Source: Amoeboaphelidium protococcarum X5
Taxonomy: Eukaryota; Fungi; Aphelidiomycota
Direction of reading: 5' to 3'
DNA length: 64,000 bases
NCBI GenBank assembly: GCA_023515725.1
Contig: JALDTO010000155.1
Coordinates: forward strand, 1,027,147-1,091,146
Shown: positions 49,739-64,000 of the stretch, piece by piece
How positions within the stretch are numbered: the stretch's first letter is position 1
Layout: each line of letters starts with the position of its first letter
The notes under the pieces: generated by a model
Seen by the model: the letters and a program-made list of their open reading frames with translations, nothing else
The model's database searches: none
Told to the model about the DNA's origin: nothing
Translations under genes and position numbers: made by a program

Positions 49739-50212
49739 ATGGATCTAGCATAGCTTGATATATAGTTGCCTAAAGGTATTGCGCCATCGTATTCTTACAT
49801 ACACGCAACTGTACCTCAATCTACCGAAGACAGATTGAACGAGTAATATGAATGGACGCGTCTCTCTTTAAAATGCATCTAGTAGTAAAGTTCTCATTAG
49901 GATATCATCAAAGATTTGGTTAAAGTACCAATGGATATTAGATGGCGGTTATACACTGTGAATCCATTTACCAGTTACTTGGCTTTATTCCAGCTTACAG
50001 ATAAAGACCGCGATAGGCAAGTTGAAAGTAATAATAAACGATAGTCTGATCACAGTAAATCTAAACTTGAACAAGGTGATGATGATGATCTGGATGATTT
50101 TAATGATTTTCTAGAGGGCAAAATAAGCTCTGTCAAAACTACCAAAGCTGTGATAGAATCTGCGCCTGTCCTAATTCAAAGTAAGAAGAAGCGCTAAAGG
50201 ACTAAATAATGA
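49739..50212 (+). CDS. Hypothetical protein with acidic patch and basic C-terminus (157 aa), possibly nuclear
   Basis: ATG..TGA ORF; GDDDDLDDF and SKKKRQRTK. Confidence 0.6.
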
Positions 50213-50332
50213 TATATTAAAAAGTTGGTTACAATGATCTTGTATATTAAACTCATTCTGTTTGATCTTCATCATTTCTTTGACATGGCATTTGTGAGAT
50301 TTTTATGCAGTAAAAATATCGCCGTGTCATAT

Positions 50333-52108
50333 TCATGAATGCTTCATAGTGATGATGTAGCGAACATAGCTTTTAAGTAGAGTAGAGTATTGAGTTTCCA
50401 CGTACCGAGTGTACTGCAACACTTGAGGCTATTAAACTAGGCTGACACCATCATAGTTGCTTTGGATGACATTGTATATATCTTGCTCTGTAACTCCACC
50501 ATCAGATGCACTAGAACTCTTATTCGCCACCAGCGGTTCATAATAATCAAGTATTGCAATAATATTTTTACACGTTCCACCGCCTTATCCACCATTAATA
50601 TTTACAATGCCTCCAACCGGGTTGGTGGAAGTGAGCAAATTAGCCACCTTTCGATACAGAGTGCCCATTCTGATAATCTCATAGTAGAGGCCATCATATG
50701 ATATTGAGTCAGGTAAGAAAGAGTCGCCATGAGTAAGAATGTAATCCAATATTTACACTGCCAAAACCAGTATATCTTGATCAATCTTATCAATTTAAAC
50801 GGCAATTTATAGAAACTTGGATACAGTCGAGTATAATGACAACCAATCGTATTACAGCCTAACATTCTTCAATTGGCATAGTACACACAAAAATGATTCC
50901 AAGGCAACTTTCTGTGTTTACAGCTGCAACCGCTTTTTATTGAAAGATTTCAGGTACAACTTGAGCGCATCAAAGACGCTGACAATAACCTGGGGCTTCA
51001 ACAATTGCCTATGTCTGCAGAGATTACGAATAAAGAGAATATTCAGCTTCCCAATCTCTCCCTTCTTATACGTAAACTTGTTATAGTTACAGAATCTGCG
51101 TATAAAATCTTCGAGTTAGTTATCAGACTATTACAATCTCTAAATAAAATACTAATTCTAAGAATGCAATAGTTCATAGACAACAAGCAGAGAACTTGAA
51201 AACCACCAATCAGACGTCGATCCACCAAAAGCATCTTTATAATCAACTGATGGTGGCGCAAAAACAGGTATTATCCTGCCAATGAAGCCAGTGATTCCTT
51301 CTACAACTGGACTAAGAGGCGACACGGCAGGTGAACTTTAATTAGTATTCTGTACACTTAAATCTGCATCTGAGCCATTAAGAGACTTTCCGGTGCATAT
51401 CAGGCTAAATGCACCTAAAGTAAGTGATAAAATAGATTCATATAAAGACTCAATATCCTTACTAAAGAGATAATCCCGCAGTTGATTGCGTTCTTCATCA
51501 GCCCTGAATTGCATCAATAGTCCAACCAGACTGAGCCAGCGAATCTAGTCAATTTACTCAATCTAGTCGGCCCTTTCAAGGCATATCAATTTTAATGCTT
51601 CAACTATGAGCTCAGTATTTGGCGCAGATATCATGGCTTAGATTATGATATTCTCATTCTGATTAGGAGTTAGAGTAAGGATAGCCAGCAGTAACTCGGA
51701 AGCGTTGTGATACAGCTACTTCTCACGGATGATGTACCTATTTACAGCCTCGAGAAGTTGAGTGACCTCCTGACTCAGATTATCAGTATCAAAAATGACT
51801 TGAATTACATAATTAAAGTGATGAAACTTGAAACTCTTTACACACTCCAACAGACCAATTACAGTCTAGACAGAATGCACGCACAGTGGTGAATAATGAT
51901 GATCAAATTTACTAATGCATTTCCAAATGAAATTATGGATAAATCTACTCTTTAATACCGACTAAGAGTTGAACTTTTTCATAATCAAATTTTACAAAGC
52001 TTCAATATTGGGCGGACAGAGCAGCATATCATCATAATTAAAATCGCCATCCCGTGCATCTTATTCCAAAAGCTTCTCATACAGCGTCACAACTTTCTCC
52101 TTCAACAT
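50333..52108 (-). CDS. ARMH3: Armadillo-like helical domain protein 3 (C10orf76/DUF1741 family)
   Basis: MLKEKVVTLYEKL N-terminus; THGDSFLPDSISYDGLYYEIIRM, NIIAILDYY, VIQSNYDGVSL, QYTRYVE. Confidence 0.85.
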
Positions 52109-52841
52109 ACTTGATTCAATTAAGAATTGGCCAAATATGCGTTTTTAATAATGGTTGTTGAATATACTAGAAAAAAAATCAGTGAATAGCTATTACAGAT
52201 TAGAGAAAATTCGATGCAATACCCTCACTAGTGCAAATAATTGAGTGAGCGAATTTTCATTGAAGGAGTAGAAGAACGAAAGAATTATCTGAAACGAACG
52301 ATTTGGTAGCACTGGGTGGATGAACAATTTAACGGATAAAACGCGCTCTTCTTCTCTCACTCACTCTTCAAGTTTTTCATCGTTCTATCGACGCATGAAT
52401 AAGCTGCTCAGTGGCTGTGCTGCTCTGTGTAAGAATGATGCTGAAAGAGGGGTGCCGGCGAGATTAGATTTGAGGAAAACGCGACTTTGGATTGAAATTT
52501 TCTGTTTCGAAACCCCTCATTCGGCCTCAGTCCTGAGTCACACAACTTTATCCCGGAGCTGAAAATAGCTTAGGCACATCAAAATATGCGTATTCTTTAG
52601 GTATATAACATCTAAAAGTGTCCTGCTGCAACTGCAAAGTCATATTCAGCGACGGACAAAATGTCTCCCAACTTTATCATAATCGGAGAAAGTATGTCTC
52701 CGTTTTTATTCTTCTCGGATCTCATGTGTCATCTCAGATTCCATCATTTATTTAAATCATAGTTGTACCTACTTTGATATTGAGTTTTGAATTTATATTT
52801 ATTCAAAGAATATCTGTTAAAGTGAAGACATTTATGGTAGA

Positions 52842-55574
52842 ATGATGAACCCAGTTCTTTAATTAATGGTCATTGGTGTGGTGTTTCACTTTATCTACTT
52901 GTGGAGTATATTCGATATCTACTTTAAGAGTCCCATTGTGCATGGTATGTAGTAGTATTCTATTGGATCGTTGTCTGAGCACTCTGAAGCATTTAAGTAA
53001 CATGGGCCCATTGAGGCTCCTGCCAAACGCTTGGTGCTAGTTGTTGCTGACGGTCTCAGGGCTGATAAGCTGTATGACTATGACTATGCCCCATTTCTGA
53101 AAAGCATTTATTCTACTTGTGGTACTCATGGAGTCAGTCACACTCGAGTTCCCACTGAATCTCGTCCTGGACATGTGGCAATTATTGGTGGCTTGTATGA
53201 AGATGTGTCTGCTGTGATGAAAGGTTGGAAGGAGAATCCGGTGGAGTTTGATTCAGTGTTCAATTAGAGTCGAGCTGTATTCAGTTTTGGCAGTCCTGAT
53301 ATTCTACTCATATTCAAGAGTGGTGAGATGTACATGTACGATGCTCATGATGAAGATTTTGGTATGCAGGATGCACGATTGTTGGATTAGTTCTCTTTTG
53401 ATAAAGTTGCGTAGTTGTACAAGGATTCTTCTACTAATGGAACTCTTAGATAGTTGCTGAACCAAGATGGTCTGGTTATATTTCTGCACCTCCTGGGTAT
53501 AGATACTAATGGCCATGCTCATAGACCGTCGTCGCATGAATATATGGATAATATTGCATTTGTTGATAAGTAACTGCGTAATTTCACCAGTTGGTTTGAC
53601 TAGTACTATAATCATGACTAAAAGACTGCTTATATATTTACAGCAGATCATGGTATGGGTGAACTGGGATCTCATGGTGATGGGCATCCGGATAATACAT
53701 AAACTCCGCTGCTTGCATGGGGAGCTGGGATTCGAGATTAACCGAATTTTTAGATTGATGTGAACTAAGCTGATATTGCACCTTTAATGGCTAGTCTATT
53801 AGGAATAAATTATCCTGTGAATTCGGTTGGCCGATTGCCCATCAGATATCTGCAAGCTGATAGTCAAGTGCAAGCTGCTCATTTGCTTGTTAATGCACGT
53901 TAAATTTATGCCATGTATCGTCTGAAAGAAGATTAGAGGCGCTCTAGGGAGCCATTCTTTATTGCTTTCTCTGAATTTTCTGATGAATACGCTCAGCAGC
54001 TATTTGAATAGATTGATTAGTTGAGATTGCGTAAAGAATTCGATGAATCAATTCAACTATGTGAGTAGATTATGGTCAAATCGCTGGAAGGGCTCAGGTA
54101 TCTATAGACTTATGATTGGTTCTTTCTTAGATCGATAATCAGTGCTGGATATCTGGGGTGGATCATATTCAGTGCTGTGTTCATCTTGTAAAAGTATGTC
54201 TATCAAAGGAAGGATAATGAGCCGATAACACGATTTGATAATTGGAGTTTGGCGTCCCTGGTAATGTTTCCATTTTCAGTGGTATTTTACTTGAAGTAGT
54301 CACCACCGATGTATTATGCTTATGCTCTATTTCCCGTTATATTCTGGTCTTAGATCTTTAGGAATAGATCTGTTATATAATGGTCCGTATAGGATTTAAG
54401 GTAACGTGTATCTCGCGGATAATTGATCGCGTATGGAGCTGGATATCTGATAATATTGGAGCTTTTAGTCATGAGTTATCACTATAGGCAGGTATTGAGC
54501 GTGCTTTTTATCGGGTTTGGTGGATATTATTTGTATAATTCATCTAGCAGATTAAAGTCATCTTATCTTCTATATACGTGGCCGATTTTCTGCATATTGT
54601 CCTCGTCATTTACTTTATTGTCCCCACAGCTGGTGGAAAATGCGTTCTTATTTACTATAGGAGGAGTGATGCACATATCAATTGGTGTATTGTGGTTAAT
54701 TTTCGGTACACGGGATAATCTTATTGTTTTTTAGATAGTGTTTAGCTCTTTGGCTCTGGTATTTACTAATTGGAGTGTTTATAGATTATAGTCAAAGATG
54801 GGGCTGTCGTATTTCAATTAAATTTGCTCATGGCTCATTCTAGTGGTATCTATTTTGCTGCCTTTATATAAGTCTTATGGTCAATCTGTAAATAACTACA
54901 GATTGCAATTAGTCCGAGTGTTCCTCACTTTCTCCCCTCTCATGATCACCTTCTCTATCTCTTATGAGTCTATTTTCTATGCTGTGTATTTTATGACTCT
55001 AATCTGCTGGTTGGAAATAGAAAAACTACTGCACGGCGATAAGTTTGAATTGAAGGCAGATGCATCGGAATAAGATGATTCTAAAAGTAGCTTACAAGTT
55101 CATAGGAATCTCAATCTTCATGATATGGTTCTGGCACTGCAATTTTTATTCTTTATCAATGTCGCATTCTTTGGCACTGGAAATATCGCGTCTGTCTCAT
55201 CATTTACTCTGCAGTCTGTCTACCGATTGACAACTACGTTCAATCCATTCCTCATGGGTGGGCTGCTGGTTCTAAAGATATTGACCCCGTTTGCTCTACT
55301 AAGCGCGGTGTTTGGAGTACTCTCTGCAGCGCTAGATTTACCTCCATTTGCATTGTTCTTACTCAGTCTCTCTGTTACGGATGTTGTCACCCTCAATTTC
55401 TTCTTCTTGGTAAGAGATGATGGTAGTTGGCTGGAGATTGGAACTTCCATAAGTCACTTTGTCATTGCTTGTCTGTTTGAGGTGTTTAGCATAATCCTCT
55501 TCCTCCTCAGTCGATTACTGGTTGGCTAGATTAGTACAAAGACTTTTAGAATTTAGAGCCAGAAGGCTAAATGA
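52842..55574 (+). CDS. MCD4: GPI ethanolamine phosphate transferase 1 (PIG-N)
   Basis: [80 protein letters not shown]; multi-TM C-terminal half. Confidence 0.96.
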
Positions 55575-55654
55575 AAATATGGTATTTAAGAAATGGTGTT
55601 GACTAATTTTATTCAACGCGTATTATTCGGCCATAATTTGGTGCATAATCACTG

Positions 55655-56196
55655 TCAAACAAATCTGAATAGAGAATCATTGTCCTTACCACAGTCTACG
55701 CGGATCATCTTGAGTAGTTACGATTTGATATCATTAGACTGTTGTTTTGTAGAGTTCTTTTTCGCTACTTTAGATGCCACTTTGTCCAGCAATTTTTAGA
55801 GTGATATCTGCTTCTCCTTTTTCACAATTTTCTAGGTGTACTTTAACGCTAATCTTTTGATATCATCATCGCTCAAAGCGGCTAAATCTTACTTTTTAGG
55901 AGCCGGACTCGCAGCTTCGGATTTTACATTCTACTACTAAGAAGACACTTTGGGTTTATATAAACTCTTCTAATACTTTTCCGCTTCGCTTATACAAGAC
56001 GTGTGATTTCGATATTCAGTGCCATAGAAATCAGTGCTACAATCGATACACGAAAACGTCGCGCCTCTACATCTCTGAGCGTGTTGATCCAATTTAGGCT
56101 TCTTGATCGTTTCTTGGCATTAATTACACACAAAAGATCTACACTAAAGAAGTTAATATTCTAAAGCAACGCGAACCAATATTAATCTTACACCAT
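55655..56196 (-). CDS. LYAR: LYAR-type C2HC zinc finger nucleolar protein; intron 56139-56191
   Basis: MVSFVCNQCQETIKKPKLDQHAQRC..FSCIDCSTDF..YRNHTSCISEAEKYQ. Confidence 0.92.
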
Positions 56197-56401
56197 TGCT
56201 TTTATTTTTGCCGTTTTTCTATTTTGAGTTCGGTAATGAGCAGAGAAATGGCCTGATTGGAGGTTTCACCCGATTGGTGGATTCAACCCGATGTTAAGAG
56301 TGCCACCGATATCGATTTTTCTGTTTCACCTTTGGCCCTTCATTCTAATCCTTTCAAATCAATCACTGCAACGCGTCAAATTTATATAGTATCAAATAGT
56401 T

Positions 56402-56864
56402 ATGGCATCTTTGGAAGAATCTACGTTCGTTTAAGAGAATAGAGAATTTGCATGTATGAGATGTGAAGAATTCCAGCTGGCAATGGCTGAGATGAGAAGA
56501 CAGCATCAGGAAGAAATGACGGAGTTGAGAAGACAACATTAGGAAGAAATTGCCCAGTTGAGGGCAGATATCAATTTACTTGCGCAACAATAAAACAAAA
56601 AGTTGAGCATTTCCAGAGTTGTTGCTTTAATGTTGGTAAGATTTAATTTCTATATTGACTGTAATTTTGATTTAGTATGTAGTGTGGCTTTTTGGCGTAG
56701 GCTTGTTCCTGCACGTGAACGCGTTTGCAAAGATGGCAAGTGCTGAAACAGTGCAAACGCTGCAAGCTGGCAACACTGTTCTTCTGCCCGTGGCGGCAGT
56801 TTTAAATGCTCGCGAGCTGCGGCACCTCATCTTCTAGTCCAACAGAAATATACTGCATCACTGA
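56402..56864 (+). CDS. Small CxxC + coiled-coil protein with hydrophobic segment; intron 56636-56675 (acceptor uncertain)
   Basis: ACMRCEEF, tandem 11-aa repeat EMRRQHQEEMT/ELRRQHQEEIA, then VVALML|YVVWLFGVGLFL. Confidence 0.6.
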
Positions 56865-57095
56865 AGTAAAATTATTGTTACATTGAGAAGTATGATTCAC
56901 GACTACTGGTTCGAATAAATTTGAGTATTCCTTTCATTTTTTATGCAAATCTGTAAAATCTCTGCAGTGCGAAAAGAAATGTTCTAAAAGTCTTTCAATA
57001 TCTGCACGCGTGTTGTTATATTTAAGCGAGATCGAGTTTACGAAAACCATACCAATGTGAAATGCAGAAAGTTGAATGATGATTCTATTAAATTC

Positions 57096-58718
57096 TCACG
57101 CTAATTTTGATTTACTTTTAAACTTCAAAGACTTTAGTGGATCAATCTTTGCCTTTTTAGATGGACGACCTGCACCGCGTCTCTTCTTGAATTCAATTCT
57201 GTCAATCTCATGCTTAGACATGGGCGCAGTACGTTTCCCTAAACTGGATGGCATAAGGTACTCTGGCACATGCTTCAACTAAGGTTAAGCTTTGAGAACA
57301 TTCAGAGGTTTATCATGACGAATTGCGTTCAAATCAGTAGGATTCTCCTTAAAGTGAGCCTTCAACTTTTCATTGTTCAGCAGCTCTCCCTTCAGCTCTT
57401 TGAAGCGCGCATCTTTCACGGCAGATTTCTTCTTCACTTGCTTCATAACATCATCGCATCTATAGCGAAAGTTCTCGGCGTCTTTCCTATCCAGCTATTT
57501 AAATTCATGAATCAATCCCTTGAACTTGTACTCAATCTTCTTCAATACCCGGTGATCGGACGAGGTAATGAACGAGAGAGCAACACCGCGACTATTTCCA
57601 CGGCCAGTTCTACCAATTCTATGAGTGTAGTTTTTTACAGATTGAGGTAGGTCCAAATTGCAAACACACGCGACATTCTTGAAATCTATACCGCGAGACA
57701 CTGAGGATTCATGAGCTAACTGAGACTTTTCAGCATCAGTCTTTTTGGTTGATTAAGCCGCAATTTCTTCAGTGGCAATTAAGTAATCGAATGCTCCTCT
57801 GTTAAACTGCTTGATCACGTTCAATTTAGAATTCTCTGGCAATTCAGCATTCAATACACCGCTTTTAATAGAAAACTACTCCAAGAACAACTTGAGCTTG
57901 TATCCACGATCAACTCCATGTACAAAGATGAGACATTTGCCACGCAGTAACTTCATTTTCAGAGTGTAGAATAGGTACAAGAACTTATCACTCTCTTCAC
58001 ACTCAAAAATGAACTGCTAAATATTGGACACGTTATCCGCTCCATCCTCCAGTTTGATGATAGCAGGATTCCTCAGCAGCTGCGACTTTAATAGATCCAC
58101 CTCAGCATTAAGAGTGGCAGACATCAAGTACGTTTACACAATCTTGGGTAAGTAGTCTTGCAACGACTTCATATCCTTCTCATAGCCAAACGACAGAAGG
58201 AGATCAGCCTCATCAATCACCAAATGTTATACACTCTCGCTCATGGGTTTATTTTATGCATGCAACTATTCGGCAACTTGCAATAGACTCTTGGGCGTTC
58301 CAATTAGTATATCAGGAATTTCTTGCGCGATAGCTGTCATCACAAGCTAGATCTTATCATTAGTGATATTGAGAGCAGAGGCATAATCATTGCAGAAAGT
58401 GGTCACCTATTTGATTTACTACTTCACCTATGCGGCCAACTCACGTGATGGGACGATTATCACTGCTTTGGTAGACTTTACACGTCCACTGGCCTATTGC
58501 GATTGCAGAATCTTGTGCAAAATTGGCAAAATATAACTAAGCGATTTTCCACTTCCAGTCTTGGCCTTTCCAACAATATCTTTTCCTTGTAAGGCAATCT
58601 CAATTACACTCGACTAGATAAGAGTCGGCTTAGTAAAATTTTACTTTTCCAAAGCTCTCAACAATCTATCATCCAAATTAAAGTCTTTAAATGTCTTTTA
58701 TTACTGCTGCGATGCCAT
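57096..58718 (-). CDS. DBP9: DEAD-box RNA helicase Dbp9/DDX56
   Basis: [60 protein letters not shown]. Confidence 0.95.
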
Positions 58719-58875
58719 TATCAATGCTTTTATAGTTTGATCAGTTTTACGCGTTTTCAAATCACAAAAGTAAAAGTTGCAGAACTCGAGAGACGATCGT
58801 TCGCTTTGATCATCTCGAATACTTTTAGCCCGCTTTAGCTTACAATTGTTGTAAATTTGATACCAAAAACTAATT

Positions 58876-60318
58876 ATGCGCGAAGAAAAGGAAAAGTATT
58901 AGAGTCCGCTGACTTCCAGGTATGCGTCCAAAGAGATGGCGTATAACTTTTCGGATGCTAGAAAGTTTAAAACTTGGCGTTAGTTGTGGGTTTGGCTGGC
59001 CAAAGGAGAGCAGTAGTTGGGTTTGACTGATATCACTGATGAGGCGATCAAGTAAATGGAATCGCGCATTGACGATATCGACTGGGAAATGGCTGCTGCC
59101 GAGGAAGCAAAGCGGCGCCACGATGTAATGGCTCATGTGCATACTTTCGGTGTTGCTTGCCCTCTCGCTGCACCAATTATTCACCTAGGCGCAACCTCAT
59201 GCTATGTCACGGACAATTCTGAGCTGATCATGATGCGCGATGCTCTGGATATACTTTTACCAAAGTTGGCTCGCTGTGTTGATAGACTGGCTTAATTTGC
59301 TTAAAAGTACGCAGACTTGCCCACTCTTGGATTTACGCATTTCCAGCCTGCGCAGTTGACCACTGTTGGTAAGCGCGCTTGTCTGTGGTTGCAAGAGTTC
59401 ATTTGGGACTTGCAGGCTTTATAACGCGTTCGCGATGATTTATGCTTCCGCGGAGTTAAAGGAACCACGGGAACTCAAGCTTCGTTCCTGGCTTTGTTTA
59501 ATGGTGATCATTAAAAGGTGTAGCAGTTGGATAAGTTGGTGACTCAGTATGCTGGCTTCCAGAAATCATATCCGGTTACTGGTTAGACATATTCTCGTAA
59601 AGTTGATCTTGATGTTCTGAATGTTCTGAGTAGCTTTGGAGCTAGTGCGCACAAGTTTGCCACTGATATTAGACTTCTTGCGAACCTGAAGGAAATCGAA
59701 GAACCATTTGAAAAGGACCAAATTGGCAGTTCAGCGATGGCATACAAGAGAAATCCAATGAGAAGTGAGAGAACTTGCGGACTTGCCCGCCACCTCATGT
59801 CTCTGGTGACAAACGCGTAAAACACTGCTGCGAACCAGTGGTTTGAACGTACACTAGATGACTCTGCTAATCGCCGCATTACTATCCCCGAGGCCTTTTT
59901 GACTGCAGACATCATTATGAGTATTATATAGAACGTGTCTGAAGGACTGGTTGTGTATCCGAATGTTATCAAGAAGAGAATCGAGTAAGAATTACCGTTC
60001 ATGGCCACTGAGAATATCATAATGGCCATGGTTAAGTGTGGTGGTAGTAGACAAGAGTGCCATGAGAAGATTCGTGTGTTGAGTCATGAAGCTTCTGCTC
60101 GCGTCAAGTTGGAAGGATTGGACAATGATCTTATCAGCAGGATATAGAGAGATTAGTACTTTTCTCCTGTGCATGACCAGCTGTCTGATTTGCTGAATCC
60201 TACTTCATTTGTTGGACGCGCTCCAGAGCAATGTAAAGACTTTATCTAATAATGTGTAAAGCCGGTTCTCGAGCCCTTCCAAGATAAGCTTACTGAATCA
60301 TCTACCCTTAACGTTTGA
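58876..60318 (+). CDS. ADE13: Adenylosuccinate lyase
   Basis: [54 protein letters not shown]. Confidence 0.97.
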
Positions 60319-60462
60319 TTTTGGAGGAGTGATTAGTTGAAATCTAGAAAATCATGTATTCGAATCGAATATATTTATTATTTTCACCTATTATCATTAC
60401 AATCACCATAATATACACATAACAGCCAACAGCAATACTCATAAACTGTATATTCAGCTCAA

Positions 60463-61026
60463 TCAACGAGTTGCAGTAGGATAGTCACGCGCAATCCAAT
60501 CGTACAACTTATCCAAAGGCGCTTGAAGCATACCAGCGATAGTCTCGAATGGTGGACGATCAGGTGCCCAAGGATGAGGATGAGTCGGAACTTTGGTCTT
60601 GGTAGCCTGGAACTGTTCGCCAATATCGGTTAGCTCAGATTCATACATTGTTCTAGCCAAAGCAGGCAGCAACTCCTCTTCCTCCTCCTTGGAGTGTTTA
60701 TCAAGAATCTCAAACACTCTGTCCAACTACTGATCGAAGCCCTTCTAATCAGCAGTCATCTGGTCCAACTTGTACAGCTCATGTTTAATCTCACCATGCT
60801 CTTCGCGGCTATGGTCAGCAGTATCACGTCCTTTCACCAAGCGCGCCTCAAAAGCCGGATAGACAATCATCTCCTCAGCTACAGAGTGCACAGACAGAGT
60901 CTTTATGAACTCATTGGTAAACTTTTACTTTTCCACAACGTTGGTTTCATTCTTGATATTTTAGTACAGCGATCTCAGTTTATCATGATCCTACTTGATC
61001 AACGTATCAACAGTGTTTTGAGACAT
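60463..61026 (-). CDS. Hemerythrin-like (HHE) domain protein (187 aa)
   Basis: IKQDH, HSVAEEMIVYP, EEH, HSKEEEEELLP, PTHPHPWAPDRPPFET. Confidence 0.9.
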
Positions 61027-62417
61027 ATTAGCTTTACTATACTTTTGTTATAAATTCAATTGATAGCAGTAATGAAGAAGTAAGAAATGAGATATCATAT
61101 CATCATAAGAGGAAGTCATTCAATCAATTCTGACGCGATGAATCACTTTGTGACTGTCACTCATCAAACAATCATGCTGTCACTCACAGTCGTTCAATAC
61201 TCAAACACGTAGTTAGATTGTAGATTTTGTATTTGCTTTTACTTGGGCCGCACTAATAGTGATATGTGATTGTAAAATGATTAAAGCTTTTCGATAGGAT
61301 CTCCTTTACTGTTTCAACAAAGCTTAAGTGCTGATCAAGTCTTAGAGATATAAAAAAAACCACTGTAGAATCAATGACATTATCATGGTTTTATCTGGAA
61401 CGTATCAATGTGTATATTATCTTCAATTTCACCAAAGATTGCGTCGTTGACCATGATAAATGCCTTGATGATTTTCAACCGAGTTCAATGTATATAATTA
61501 TAAACACAATAATGTTACTCCATAGCTGCAAAAGCTGAGCAGCTTGCCAGTCAATAAGCTTTGCAAAGTGACTTATAGATACAATCACGGAGACAATAAA
61601 CATTAAAGACATCTACATAATATTCTAATCGTCTTTAACTTTATCTTGAAAGTAAGATCAAAGCCTACCAAGCAAATAGAATAGAAACGCGAACTATATT
61701 GACTATTTGTTCTTGTATAGCCGGCACGGAAACCATATTTCATCGTTTTGACATGCTGTCCATGCTTATCAGTCAACTCACTCAATGCATTGAGCAGATA
61801 CTAATTCTCTTGCCATAATTACGTGCAATTCTTACATTCAGAACCACCACAGTCCTTTGATATGTTGAACTTTGTTAAATAAACCATACTACCAATTGAT
61901 TGTACGTGCAGTACGTGATTCTGGTGTTATTAATGATCTATTACGGTCTTATTAGAGATAAAGAAGAGGCGCTTGAGTTCTGAAACAGAATGGGACAACT
62001 GTCTATGAAAGCGAAACCAACACCTGGATACAAAGCGTTAACCATTCAAGTTGGTCTCATAATTGTTTGATCTTGATTGCAATTTTTAGTCTAGAATCTA
62101 TGCTTATTCTTGATCCAATACTACTTATATATATATTCAGTGAAGAAATGACAATGCCTTTGGTGTGAAACAATAAATTTGTCATATAACTAGTTCACTG
62201 CACTATGTTCGTTCCGATCTCTCCTGGCAATCACGTCTTCTCAGGTCGGCTCGTCTACTTCTTTCCTTCCCTTCTTTCCTGCTAAGATCACAACTCACAC
62301 ACACAGCGATTCATCCCTCTCTTTATTTGAATCAATTTACAACATCTCTCCCCTGTCGCTTTAATTGCTATCTGATAGCATTATATTAAATTGTTTAGTA
62401 TCTGAAATTTCATTATT

Positions 62418-63404
<987 letters not shown>

Positions 63405-64000
63405 GCGTGTACTTAAGTTGCATATTTGTTACACTATTTGAACGAGCGAGAACTTGAGTATATGTCTGTGTGAACTGATTGAGAAGATGTGTAAAAATAT
63501 ATAATTATGCCTGTTATCTGATGATTGCTTATTTTCTTTTTTTGTATAATCATTCATTGCAGTTAAAGAAGTTGGTTATTGAAATGAAAATTGCGACTGT
63601 TGAGAATTAAATATCGCGACATCCTTTACAAGAAGCTGCGCAGATTGATAGCCTGTCCTCAAGCACGACCAACATCAGTGGGACAATGCTTCGGTGTCAT
63701 TTAGTTGCACGATTGAGTATGCAGTCAGATGACAGCAGTTTGAGGCATTCACATACAAAACAAGAAACAATAATCACTCCAGTCTATTGCAAATTCGTAT
63801 AGATAAAGACTGAGTACTGAAAAATGATGATATAGCGATATTAGATCTCAGAGATTGAAACTATCATGTGCAGAGGTACAAAATACAACTGCATCAAATA
63901 GTGTGGATGAATAGAATCTCATCATAGAAACTAATAGAATTACATGTGTGAATATAAAGCATCTAATACTAGACGCGTTATATTGAGTACGTTCGTGTTT

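Noticed and set aside
61585-61887. About 100-aa minus-strand ORF (MVYLTKF...CKNC...)
   Set aside because: No family recognised; too weak to list as a feature and mentioned only for its motif.

Overview
Gene-dense eukaryotic nuclear DNA with short (40-72 nt) GT-AG introns and a non-standard genetic code: TAA and TAG encode Gln and only TGA terminates. The supplied ORF track therefore fragments almost every gene; coordinates below were re-derived by manual translation with TAR=Gln. Fungal-type housekeeping genes together with talin and FANCD2 under this code fit an aphelid such as Amoeboaphelidium protococcarum (inference). About 30 protein genes are recognisable, including S1P lyase, mitochondrial Lon, mL40, RCL1, PNKP, uS2m, GDE1, UBXN1-like, CMC1, FANCD2, talin, PECR, ERO1, NDUFB7, ARMH3, MCD4/PIGN, LYAR, DBP9, ADE13, hemerythrin and PP2A-C. 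Highlights: (1) a decayed Fanzor/TnpB-like RNA-guided nuclease locus with all three RuvC catalytic motifs and a downstream GNRA hairpin that may belong to an omegaRNA (about 16.9-18.4 kb); (2) a RIAM/lamellipodin-like RA-PH adaptor with LD-type motifs, 25 kb from a full-length talin gene; (3) a CRIB + TBC Rab-GAP fusion; (4) two horizontal-transfer candidates, a membrane-anchored GH1 and a secreted mucin-like protein with a bacterial RTX-associated-like domain. All family assignments come from recognised motifs, not database searches.
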